Origin: a virus
Lineage: Duplodnaviria; Caudoviricetes
DNA length: 56,325 bases
Reading direction: 5' to 3' (one strand)
IMG/VR virus record: IMGVR_UViG_3300042868_007474
Location: 1-56,325 of that record
In this document: positions 48,234-55,588 of the stretch, one piece after another
Layout of the letters: every line of letters begins with the position of its first letter
How positions within the stretch are numbered: position 1 is the stretch's first letter
Program-made: the position numbers and the translations under genes
Notes under the pieces: generated by a model
Told to the model about the DNA's origin: nothing
Databases searched by the model: none
What the model saw: the letters and a program-made list of their open reading frames with translations, nothing else

Positions 48234-48348
48234 AGAGATACAGTATGCACGGACTTGCACTTTTTTCAAGATAAAAGATTTAATATTTTGACGGCAGATG
48301 TGCTTGACATTTCTTGTAAAACCTGCACAATACACCGTAAGCAATACT

Positions 48349-48591
48349 ATGGACAAAAAACAAACTCAAAAAGAAGCGGTCAAGCAAATTAAAAAAATCT
48401 GTAAAGAAACGGGGCTGGGGTGCTTCCTACTAACGGATGACATGACCTCGCACATACAGACCGAAAATGGGACGGCAATTTCAGAATCCCAGCGTGAAAA
48501 ACTGAAGGAGCGACTTATTGATTCTTTTAATGATATGTATTCTGACTATCTTGACGCACTTTCGCTTGACTTAGAGACAGAAGAGGAGTAG
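48349..48591 (+). CDS. Hypothetical acidic protein
   Basis: MDKKQTQK. Confidence 0.65.
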   Translation: MDKKQTQKEAVKQIKKICKETGLGCFLLTDDMTSHIQTENGTAISESQREKLKERLIDSFNDMYSDYLDALSLDLETEEE

Positions 48592-48603
48592 ACTGTATAT
48601 CGT

Positions 48604-48879
48604 ATGAAAAACAACTACTCCATCGAACAGTTCAACGCAGACCTTGAAAGCGGTGCATACACCCAACTGGGTATGTATCCCAAGTATTTTATCACTTCAG
48701 ATGGTGGCTGTCTGTCGTTTAAGTCGGCGTTGGAAAACGCCGAACTTATTCGAAATGAAATTAAGGACGGAGATTTTATGGGTTGGCGTGTTGTGGCTTG
48801 CGATATTAATTGGGAGTCGTTCCTTTATTGCGACCACTCCAATAAGCAAATTGAGTCTGCTTACGACCCCGTTGAGTAA
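48604..48879 (+). CDS. Phage protein with YP.YFITSDGG...W.VVA.DINWE..LYCDH...IESAY motif
   Basis: Pattern recalled from phage early-region proteins, not searched. Confidence 0.75.
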   Translation: MKNNYSIEQFNADLESGAYTQLGMYPKYFITSDGGCLSFKSALENAELIRNEIKDGDFMGWRVVACDINWESFLYCDHSNKQIESAYDPVE

Positions 48880-48967
48880 ACTTAAGAAGTATGCAATATT
48901 CGACTTGCATACTTCAAGTTGGTTGTTAGGTTCTTTATATAGACCCCCACGGGGGAGGGGGTGCAAA

Positions 48968-49042
48968 TGGTATCGAGGGTGGGAATCGAACCCACATTAG
49001 CGATTTAGAAGACCGCAGTCCTGTCCGTTGAACGACCTCGAT
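48968..49042 (-). tRNA. tRNA-Arg(TCT)
   Basis: Cloverleaf; GCGGT-CT-TCT-AA-ATCGC; CCA encoded. Confidence 0.9.
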
Positions 49043-49062
49043 ATAAGGATGACAAGAATCAA

Positions 49063-49437
49063 ATGAGATTGAACAAGTTATGCAAATCTTGCGGAGAGGT
49101 CAAGGATATAACATCCTTCTATGGGCATAACAAGGAATATAATACTACCCATTGGTGCAAGCCTTGCTTCAACAAGTATCAGCAAGCAAAGGCAGTTTCA
49201 AAGAAGAAAGTGTTTGTTAGGTTTCTTGGAAACAAGTGCAAGCGTTGTGGAATAAAGCACACAGGAAAGAATACTCCGATATTTGACTTTCACCATACTG
49301 ACGCTTCAACCAAGGACGGCGATTGGTCTAAGTTCAGACATATGTCCCTCGACAACATTCGTGTAGAGATGGCTAAATGCATCCTTCTATGCTCTAATTG
49401 TCATCGGATGCATCACCACAATAAGGCTAAAAAATAG
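49063..49437 (+). CDS. HNH endonuclease (homing-type)
   Basis: CKSC, CKPC, CKRC, FDFHH and LLCSNCHRMHH. Confidence 0.85.
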   Translation: MRLNKLCKSCGEVKDITSFYGHNKEYNTTHWCKPCFNKYQQAKAVSKKKVFVRFLGNKCKRCGIKHTGKNTPIFDFHHTDASTKDGDWSKFRHMSLDNIRVEMAKCILLCSNCHRMHHHNKAKK

Positions 49438-49505
49438 ACCCGCAGGGATTCGAACCCCGACAAGGAGAACCAAAAACTCCTGTGCTACCATTACACCACG
49501 GGTCT
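49435..49505 (-). tRNA. tRNA-Gln(TTG)
   Basis: Acceptor AGACCCG/CGGGTCT; loop TT-TTG-GT. Confidence 0.85.
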
Positions 49506-49619
49506 AAAATTGGACGGCCCTTCGGATTCATTTATCCTGTTTCGCAGGTTTCTATGGTTTGACTCATTGCGAGCCAAAATCATCCTCACTGGCCTTGGGT
49601 TAATTACGCCCCATTATAT

Positions 49620-49694
49620 TGGTGGAGACTAAGGGAATCGAACCCTTACTGGGCGGATGCAAACCGCCCGTGCTACCATTATCACTAAGTCCCC
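49620..49694 (-). tRNA. tRNA-Ala(TGC)
   Basis: G3-U70; GGCGG-TT-TGC-AT-CCGCC; CCA. Confidence 0.92.
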
Positions 49695-49698
49695 AAAG

Positions 49699-49783
49699 CA
49701 GAGAGAGAGGGATTCGAACCCACGGGAGTTTAACCTCCTCCTGTTTTCAAGACAGGTGCAATAAACCGCTCTGCCATCTCTCT
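49699..49783 (-). tRNA. tRNA-Ser(TGA)
   Basis: CCTGT-CT-TGA-AA-ACAGG; long variable arm; G73. Confidence 0.9.
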
Positions 49784-49786
49784 AAA

Positions 49787-49860
49787 TATTGGAAGCGGGA
49801 GTCGAACCCGCAGTTGGACACATTTTAAGTGTGATGCGTCTGCCATTCCGCCATTCCAAC
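49787..49860 (-). tRNA. tRNA-Leu(TAA), short variable region
   Basis: CACA-CT-TAA-AA-TGTG; A73; 74 nt. Confidence 0.8.
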
Positions 49861-49866
49861 TAAATG

Positions 49867-49937
49867 CTGGGAGGGTGGGAGTCGAACCCACGCCAGAGGA
49901 TTTGGAGACCTCTGTGCTACCGTAACACTTCCTCCCA
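49867..49937 (-). tRNA. tRNA-Trp(CCA)
   Basis: GAGGT-CT-CCA-AA-TCCTC. Confidence 0.88.
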
Positions 49938-49942
49938 CAAAG

Positions 49943-50014
49943 TCACCCAGACAGGACTTGAACCTGCAAACCCCTGCTCCCAAAGCAGGTGCGATACCAT
50001 TACGCTACTGGATG
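49943..50014 (-). tRNA. tRNA-Pro(TGG)
   Basis: C1-G72; CCTGC-TT-TGG-GA-GCAGG. Confidence 0.9.
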
Positions 50015-50018
50015 TAAA

Positions 50019-50462
50019 TTAAACAGAATACCAGAAGAACTTAGACTTTGGTATCTTGTAAAAGTATTCGCTGTCGTTCACAAACCTGTTTGGGGACTCC
50101 CTTGGAGTCGTCCCCTTAACGATAGCCATGATTTCGTCTTCGTTGCATATGCCGATTCTCTTCAAGGAAATCGACACGATGGCGTATTCGTGTAGACTAT
50201 ACTTTTTTGTGTCAAAGAACTTAACCTTTCTTTGCAGGAAGTTTACCTCTGCAAACGGGAACTCTTCTTTATCCCACACCATCCTTCGCTCTACTTCTAC
50301 ACACAGACTATGGTCTTCTGTGATTAAGTCAACACCATATTTGTCTGGGTTGTCGATTAGCACTATGCCGATGCGACCATACCACTCCTTAACGACCTCC
50401 CTTGCTGGGAGGTCATTCTCATCGTGAAGACTTTGTTCGAATGGTTTAGATTTTATATTCAT
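50019..50462 (-). CDS. PD-(D/E)XK-like nuclease-fold protein
   Basis: NPDKYGVDLI....VEVERR motif; lies within the tRNA cluster. Confidence 0.55.
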   Translation of the reverse strand: MNIKSKPFEQSLHDENDLPAREVVKEWYGRIGIVLIDNPDKYGVDLITEDHSLCVEVERRMVWDKEEFPFAEVNFLQRKVKFFDTKKYSLHEYAIVSISLKRIGICNEDEIMAIVKGTTPRESPNRFVNDSEYFYKIPKSKFFWYSV

Positions 50463-50466
50463 AAGA

Positions 50467-50542
50467 TGGTGGGCGTGGAGGGAGTTGAACCCTCGACTTA
50501 GCCCTTATAAAGAGCCCACTCTAACCGCTGAGTTACACGCCC
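50467..50542 (-). tRNA. tRNA-Ile(TAT)
   Basis: GGCTC-TT-TAT-AA-GGGCT; A73; CCA. Confidence 0.85.
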
Positions 50543-50545
50543 AAA

Positions 50546-50621
50546 TGGTGGACTCGCTGGGACTTGAACCCAGAACAAACGACTTAAAAGGTCGCTACTC
50601 TAACCATTGAGTTACAAGTCC
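50546..50621 (-). tRNA. tRNA-Lys(TTT)
   Basis: GCGAC-CT-TTT-AA-GTCGT; CCA. Confidence 0.9.
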
Positions 50622-50624
50622 AAA

Positions 50625-50699
50625 TGGAGGTCTGTGACGGAGTTGAACCGACAACCGCCTGTTTACAAAACAGGTGTTCTACCATTGAACTAACAGACC
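50625..50699 (-). tRNA. tRNA-Thr(TGT)
   Basis: CCTGT-TT-TGT-AA-ACAGG; CCA. Confidence 0.9.
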
Positions 50700-50712
50700 A
50701 TTTCAAAAGAGC

Positions 50713-50738
50713 AAAAAAGAGGGGGGCTTTCGCCCCCC
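50713..50738 (-). terminator. Intrinsic terminator after the SSB-like gene
   Basis: GGGGGGC-TTTC-GCCCCCC with a U-run on the minus strand. Confidence 0.75.
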
Positions 50739-50761
50739 AACTGTTAATTGACTTTTGTCAA

Positions 50762-51178
50762 TTAGAACGGAGCGTCTTCGGCCTTCGAATACTTGCTAAC
50801 CTTGAGGATGCTCTTTGCTTCGCCATCCTTGTTGGTATACGCTTCAGACTTCAGACTGACGGTCAACTTCATGCCCACGAAGGACTTGACGAAGTTGAAG
50901 AACTCACCCGACTTGGTGAAGTCGAACTCAGAACCGTGGGGAACTTTCATACCCGTGGCGATGATGAGTTGGTTGAGCCTCCAATAGACGGTATCCTTGT
51001 TGAGGAGGTCGTCCTTGACCTGTCGGTTCTTGCTGTCCTTGAAGGTAATCGAAGCCTTTTCGAAGCCCTGCTGGGTGAGGTTCTTTTCAACATTGTCAAT
51101 GACGACAATGTATTCACCTTCTTCAGCGAAGCGTTCGGGACGGTCGGAGGCGTTGAGGTCAACTTTGAACTTAGACAT
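50762..51178 (-). CDS. DUF669-like putative ssDNA-binding protein
   Basis: EGEYIVVIDNVE; acidic EDAPF tail; next to the recombination genes. Confidence 0.65.
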   Translation of the reverse strand: MSKFKVDLNASDRPERFAEEGEYIVVIDNVEKNLTQQGFEKASITFKDSKNRQVKDDLLNKDTVYWRLNQLIIATGMKVPHGSEFDFTKSGEFFNFVKSFVGMKLTVSLKSEAYTNKDGEAKSILKVSKYSKAEDAPF

Positions 51179-51183
51179 ATATA

Positions 51184-51531
51184 TTACTTGGTTTGGGAGT
51201 TAGTGGTAGAGGAGACAGTATGCACAGGAGTAGCCTTCTTGTCAAGCACCTTTTCAATATTCTTCACGGCAATCGCAGTGGAGAAGATGGCGTAAGTGAC
51301 GAGACCGATAGCAATGCCAACCGAGATTTCAGCGATGGTCTGGATGATACGCTTGCCACGGGAACTGATGGTGAAGATGGCTTCCTTCTTGATTTCTTCC
51401 TTGCAATAGTTATTATTGTAAGTGTAATAATCGTAGTAGTAGTTCTTCTGGCCTTCGTCAGAAGGTTCTTTGGTGGACTTCATGTCCCACTGTGGAGTGG
51501 GGGAGGAGGTGTGGATTTTCTTTTTGGTCAT
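51184..51531 (-). CDS. Hypothetical membrane protein
   Basis: 115 aa with one hydrophobic segment. Confidence 0.5.
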   Translation of the reverse strand: MTKKKIHTSSPTPQWDMKSTKEPSDEGQKNYYYDYYTYNNNYCKEEIKKEAIFTISSRGKRIIQTIAEISVGIAIGLVTYAIFSTAIAVKNIEKVLDKKATPVHTVSSTTNSQTK

Positions 51532-51553
51532 ATGTTTGTGGGTGAGGGGGTTA

Positions 51554-52459
51554 TTATGTCAGCCAGTAAGGCATTGTCAAGGCATTAATTCCTTTTGAGT
51601 GAGAAGGATACTTGCCCGTGGCAATACAGTTGGCGAGGGTCTCAAGGAGACGCTGACGGATTTTGAAGGCTTTGTCAAGGCTTTGTGCGTCAAGTTCATA
51701 CAGAGCCACGGAATGTGGGGGGACGGACTCAACAGCGACAAAAATGAAGCGTTCTACGGGCAATCCAGCAAGTCTGGCTACCGACATATAGTGTGCGGCT
51801 TGCATCCAGTATCCAAGACTCATAAACTTGCGACCAAATTCTTCGGCTGACGAGTCTTGCGTTGTCTTTAAGTCTACGATAACAGTTCCGTCCATAGTCA
51901 GAAGGTCGCAACGCATCTTACAGGCAATATCAAGACCCTTGACCTTTTCCGTAGCCATAATGGAAAGTTCGGCCTTGGCGGAATAATGTTTTAGATATGG
52001 GAGAACTTCTTCGTTCTCACAGACAGCCCGAGCCATTCCCTTGGCAAGAGCATCCTGCTCTTGCGTAATGGTCGTCTTGCCCTTGGTGCGTTCATAAAAC
52101 GCATTCCACCAAGTGATGCTTTCTGTGGCTTTCTCTGAAGGCTCTTCGGCACGGAGTTGAGCCGCAGTTGGCTTCTTGGGGGCATCCTCTGGGATGACCG
52201 CAATTTCATCAGCCCACTTCTCTGGTTCAAAGACAAGCGTATGAGTAGCAGTCCCAAGCATCATTGCTTGAGTAGAGGGGTCTGGAGGAGAGGTCATCCA
52301 CTGCCAGAAGTGTGCTGGGGATTTCTTGAGAGCCATAAGACCGCTCTTGGTAAGACCAAGGGTGCGGTGATATTGTTCAGCGTCAATCCCAGCATTGATG
52401 CCAGAGGGAAGGCTCGCAGAGTCCTGCTTGCCGTTATTGTCTGTGGAGTAGTTTCCCAT
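51554..52459 (-). CDS. RecE-like exonuclease (PD-(D/E)XK, DUF3799-like)
   Basis: SPAHF, LGTATHTLVFEP, KMRCDLL, VDLKTT, YWMQAAHY, FIFVAVE. Confidence 0.88.
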   Translation of the reverse strand: MGNYSTDNNGKQDSASLPSGINAGIDAEQYHRTLGLTKSGLMALKKSPAHFWQWMTSPPDPSTQAMMLGTATHTLVFEPEKWADEIAVIPEDAPKKPTAAQLRAEEPSEKATESITWWNAFYERTKGKTTITQEQDALAKGMARAVCENEEVLPYLKHYSAKAELSIMATEKVKGLDIACKMRCDLLTMDGTVIVDLKTTQDSSAEEFGRKFMSLGYWMQAAHYMSVARLAGLPVERFIFVAVESVPPHSVALYELDAQSLDKAFKIRQRLLETLANCIATGKYPSHSKGINALTMPYWLT

Positions 52460-52460
52460 T

Positions 52461-53285
52461 TTACTTAATGCCCTCAAGGATACCAACAATCTTGGCTGGG
52501 GAGGCAAGGATACGCTGTGCGGTCATAGCATCAAGGTCTCGATAAGACTGACCTGCCTTGAGGTATCCCTTGGTTACGAGGTAGTTGCTCGCATTGGGCT
52601 CATACTTCAACAGGAGGTCGTCAAGACGACCTTGGATTGCCTTGACAGGTTCTTCCACGATTTCAACATCCGCAACTTGAGCCGCCACGGGGACGGGCTT
52701 GGGAGTGATGTTCTTCTCGGCGTTGCTGAAGTCAGAAACTTCTTCTGGGGTGTAGATGCCAGCAACAATCTGGGGCATCAGAAGACGAATTGCTTCAGAG
52801 ATACAGCGAGCGGTAAGCATCTGTCGGGGGAACTTCTGCCAATTAGCCTTGAGTTTACCAGCACCAGCAATAGCCACACCGTTCTTCATCATCTCGTCAA
52901 GCGAGACGGCAATTTCAACATCGTTACCATCACAAGTCCAAACACCAGCAACACGCTTGTCCGTGCGTTCAGTCCACTTGACCTTGCCACCAGAAGCGAG
53001 ATAGCGACCAAGCATAGCATCCGCTCGCATCGTCAGTTTGCCTTCAATGATGTGGTAAGTCTTGGCAAGTTCAAGGGGGGCTTTGCCTTCGGCAAGGCAC
53101 TGCATGGCAAGCACCATGCCCTGTTCAACTTTAGTGCAACCAAACATTCCAGAGCCAGAAATCATCTCGCCCATAAGTTGGATGGCTTGCATCGGGTCGT
53201 TAATTTTGTTGTAAAAAGCAGGAGCAGACATTTCGTTGCTCTTGCGAATGGACGGGACTGACGATTCGTTGGGATGTTCTTCCAT
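52461..53285 (-). CDS. RecT/Redbeta-like single-strand annealing protein
   Basis: YHIIEGKL, NWQKFPRQMLTARCIS and GIYTPEE motifs; TTGACG...CATACT promoter upstream. Confidence 0.8.
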   Translation of the reverse strand: MEEHPNESSVPSIRKSNEMSAPAFYNKINDPMQAIQLMGEMISGSGMFGCTKVEQGMVLAMQCLAEGKAPLELAKTYHIIEGKLTMRADAMLGRYLASGGKVKWTERTDKRVAGVWTCDGNDVEIAVSLDEMMKNGVAIAGAGKLKANWQKFPRQMLTARCISEAIRLLMPQIVAGIYTPEEVSDFSNAEKNITPKPVPVAAQVADVEIVEEPVKAIQGRLDDLLLKYEPNASNYLVTKGYLKAGQSYRDLDAMTAQRILASPAKIVGILEGIK

Positions 53286-53376
53286 ATTTGTGGTGTAGAG
53301 ATGCAGTATGCACACAAGATGACATTCGTCAAGAACAAAGATTGATTCCCTCAACCTTTTTTACATATACTTGATT

Positions 53377-53688
53377 ATGAAGGAAATCTCGGTGTTTGAG
53401 CCTCAAGAAATTAACGGTGAAACCGTTGAGCCCTTATGTATTCCTGCTTTAGATACCACTATATCACAAACTGTCGCTGGTGCAACTAATTTGTTATGGT
53501 TTGCATTCCATTTGTCATTAGCCGAGGGAAATCAGCAAGAAGCCATTAAATTAGCAGAAATGCTTAAAATTGCAATTAATGAAGAATCTTGCGAGGGTTT
53601 TCATAAAGAATTAGATGATGCGGTGAATATGCTTGACGAAACGCAAGAGGATGGGTATATTGATGAGGATGAAACACAATATCCGTAA
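53377..53688 (+). CDS. Hypothetical acidic protein
   Basis: MKEISVFE. Confidence 0.6.
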   Translation: MKEISVFEPQEINGETVEPLCIPALDTTISQTVAGATNLLWFAFHLSLAEGNQQEAIKLAEMLKIAINEESCEGFHKELDDAVNMLDETQEDGYIDEDETQYP

Positions 53689-54136
53689 TCTCCTGTTCGC
53701 CCTTGCCTTCACCACTACGGTTCAAGCCGCATCCCCTGCGATGCTTGAGGCTGTGGCTATGGTTGAGTCCTCTAACAACCCCAAGGCGGTGGGGGACAAC
53801 GGTCTTGCCCGTGGTCTCTACCAATTGCATAAGCCCGCTTGGGAGCAGGTTAGCCAAGCCCGCAAGAAGGCTGGCCTCCCCGTCTGGGATTGGTCATACG
53901 CCCACAACAGGGAGATTTCGGGCATCTATGCCTCCGCTTACCTTGACTGGCTCTCTGACGGCCTTAAGAAGCGGCTGGGACGCAACCCCGAGCCGTGGGA
54001 GGTCTACGCCGCTTACAATCGGGGCTTGACTGGCTTCGCAAAGTTAGAATACTCCTTTGAATGCCTCCCGAAGCACACCAAGAAGGCTTGTCTAAAAATC
54101 AAGTCATCAGTCCCAAGTTCAGCCCGCAAGGGCTAA
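53669..54136 (+). CDS. Lysozyme-like / lytic transglycosylase with signal peptide
   Basis: Signal peptide; VESS....GD...GLYQL; AAYNRG. Confidence 0.8.
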   Translation: MKHNIRNLLFALAFTTTVQAASPAMLEAVAMVESSNNPKAVGDNGLARGLYQLHKPAWEQVSQARKKAGLPVWDWSYAHNREISGIYASAYLDWLSDGLKKRLGRNPEPWEVYAAYNRGLTGFAKLEYSFECLPKHTKKACLKIKSSVPSSARKG

Positions 54137-54615
54137 GGTTTGTGGCAATCGACAGTGGCTCTAACGGGGCTATCTGTCATTGCTCTTATATAAACCAGAA
54201 AATAGAACTTTATAAACTAAGTGGCCTTGAACCAGAATCACTATTACCTGTCCTTGATGCAAGTCTTGGTGACTTGGCTACCCTTGACTGCGTTATCATT
54301 GAACAGCCTCCGTATTTCATGGGGACAATGATTCCTTCAGCCCGCATAGCCGTATTGTTTGAGTCCTTTGGGATTATGGTTGGCTATCTGATGGCTAAGG
54401 GGGTCAAAGTGGTGAGGGTAACACCTAAGGCGTGGCAGAAGCGGCTCAACGACCACCTCGGCACTCGTGGAAAAATGAAACACGCAGACTGGAAGAGAAT
54501 ATTAACTAATTACGCAAAGTCAAAATATGGAGAAACTAAGGGCTTGACTGGTCAAACATCAGACGCTTTACTAATTGCTGAATGGTGGGTCAACGAAGGC
54601 ATATTTAATAAATGA
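54061..54615 (+). CDS. RuvC-like Holliday junction resolvase
   Basis: AIDSG, IIEQ, VTPKAWQK and DALLIA motifs. Confidence 0.8.
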   Translation: MPPEAHQEGLSKNQVISPKFSPQGLRFVAIDSGSNGAICHCSYINQKIELYKLSGLEPESLLPVLDASLGDLATLDCVIIEQPPYFMGTMIPSARIAVLFESFGIMVGYLMAKGVKVVRVTPKAWQKRLNDHLGTRGKMKHADWKRILTNYAKSKYGETKGLTGQTSDALLIAEWWVNEGIFNK

Positions 54616-54902
54616 AACGCACTCCTCTAAAGCGAGGCACTAAACGCCTCAAGCCTGTATCAAAAAAGCGTGGGAAACAGAATACTGTTTATTCTGCCTT
54701 ACGAAAGGAATTTATTGCACAGCACCCAAAGTGCCAAGTGTGTGAAATGATTCCATCTGACCAAATACACCATCGCCGTGGGCGATGGGGTGAGCGTCTC
54801 AATGATGCTGAATTCTTCCTTGCCGTATGCCAGCCTTGTCATGTGAAAATTCACAATGACCCAGCGTGGGCATACTCACACGGATTTCTTCTTAAAAGAT
54901 AA
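54612..54902 (+). CDS. Small HNH-like protein
   Basis: MKRTPLKR; CQVC, IHHRRGR, CQPCH. Confidence 0.75.
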   Translation: MKRTPLKRGTKRLKPVSKKRGKQNTVYSALRKEFIAQHPKCQVCEMIPSDQIHHRRGRWGERLNDAEFFLAVCQPCHVKIHNDPAWAYSHGFLLKR

Positions 54903-55046
54903 CTCTTTAATTGCTTTCTTACGAGCAGTTTGAAGAGCGTGTTCTTTCTGTTCGGTTGTTAGGTTTATTTGTTTGCTGTCAAATAGCCTGTCTAGTTCCG
55001 CACGAAGAGTCTTTGTGATGTATTTATACTTTGCTTGTTTTCCCAT
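54876..55046 (-). CDS. Hypothetical protein
   Basis: MGKQAKYK, 56 aa. Confidence 0.5.
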   Translation of the reverse strand: MGKQAKYKYITKTLRAELDRLFDSKQINLTTEQKEHALQTARKKAIKELSFKKKSV

Positions 55047-55395
55047 AAATAGAATAATTAGTTCCCTTTTGAGAGCCGTAAGGTGCTGTCTTAAATACGC
55101 AGTCATGCCTTGCCCCAAGTGAGTAAATTGTATAAATACTTGTTCCAAGCATTTCTGCTACCTGCTTTGCGGTATACTTTTTGGTATCCATATGAACAAG
55201 TTTTTGCTTAAGACTTCCCCATTCAAGTCTCTTGAACTCTGACTTAAGTTTAATATTGTAACGCTTTGCGGATGAGCGAAGAGCGTTGCAGGTTTTACCC
55301 GTGACACGACTAAGTTGTTGAATAGTTACGCCTTCTTGTTCTGCCATTCGAACGGCACGAAGCGTAGCACCCTGCTTATATCCATGATTAGTCAT
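55024..55395 (-). CDS. Tandem-HTH-like protein
   Basis: TIQQLSRVTGKT and TAKQVAEMLGTSIYTI. Confidence 0.6.
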   Translation of the reverse strand: MTNHGYKQGATLRAVRMAEQEGVTIQQLSRVTGKTCNALRSSAKRYNIKLKSEFKRLEWGSLKQKLVHMDTKKYTAKQVAEMLGTSIYTIYSLGARHDCVFKTAPYGSQKGTNYSIYGKTSKV

Positions 55396-55588
55396 TTTGT
55401 TTATTTGTTACCTCGATTGATTTTAGTCTGTTTATTTCTGATTTTGCAGATTTAAGTTCGTTTTGCATTTTAAATAGTTGGTCGTCTTTGCCGACTATTA
55501 AGTTGTAGTAGTTTTGCATTAAGCGATTAGCACCTTCTTTCCAAGACTTAAGTTCTTCGTTTTCTTTTATCAGTTCTTCGTTTGTCAT
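55388..55588 (-). CDS. Coiled-coil hypothetical protein
   Basis: 66 aa. Confidence 0.6.
   Translation of the reverse strand: MTNEELIKENEELKSWKEGANRLMQNYYNLIVGKDDQLFKMQNELKSAKSEINRLKSIEVTNKQND

Larger units (their letters stand above)
18900..48930 (+). repeat. Array of promoter-ORF-terminator units with a dispersed TAGG-core junction motif
   Basis: About 50 intergenic copies by eye of TTG(C/T/A)TAGG or its reverse forms CCTA(GC/TG/CG), e.g. 20904, 22151, 22864, 24155, 24898, 27586, 28697, 29537, 30039, 33347, 33845, 35870, 37369, 41427, 44890, 45972. Confidence 0.85.

Noticed and set aside
18900-48930. Classical integron or CRISPR array
   Set aside because: No intI or cas gene in the window; units have their own promoters; the core is mostly GCT rather than invariant GTT; repeats are degenerate and separated by genes
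49619-51295. Plus-strand ORFs 49619..49828 and 50624..51295
   Set aside because: Antisense to tRNAs and the SSB-like gene
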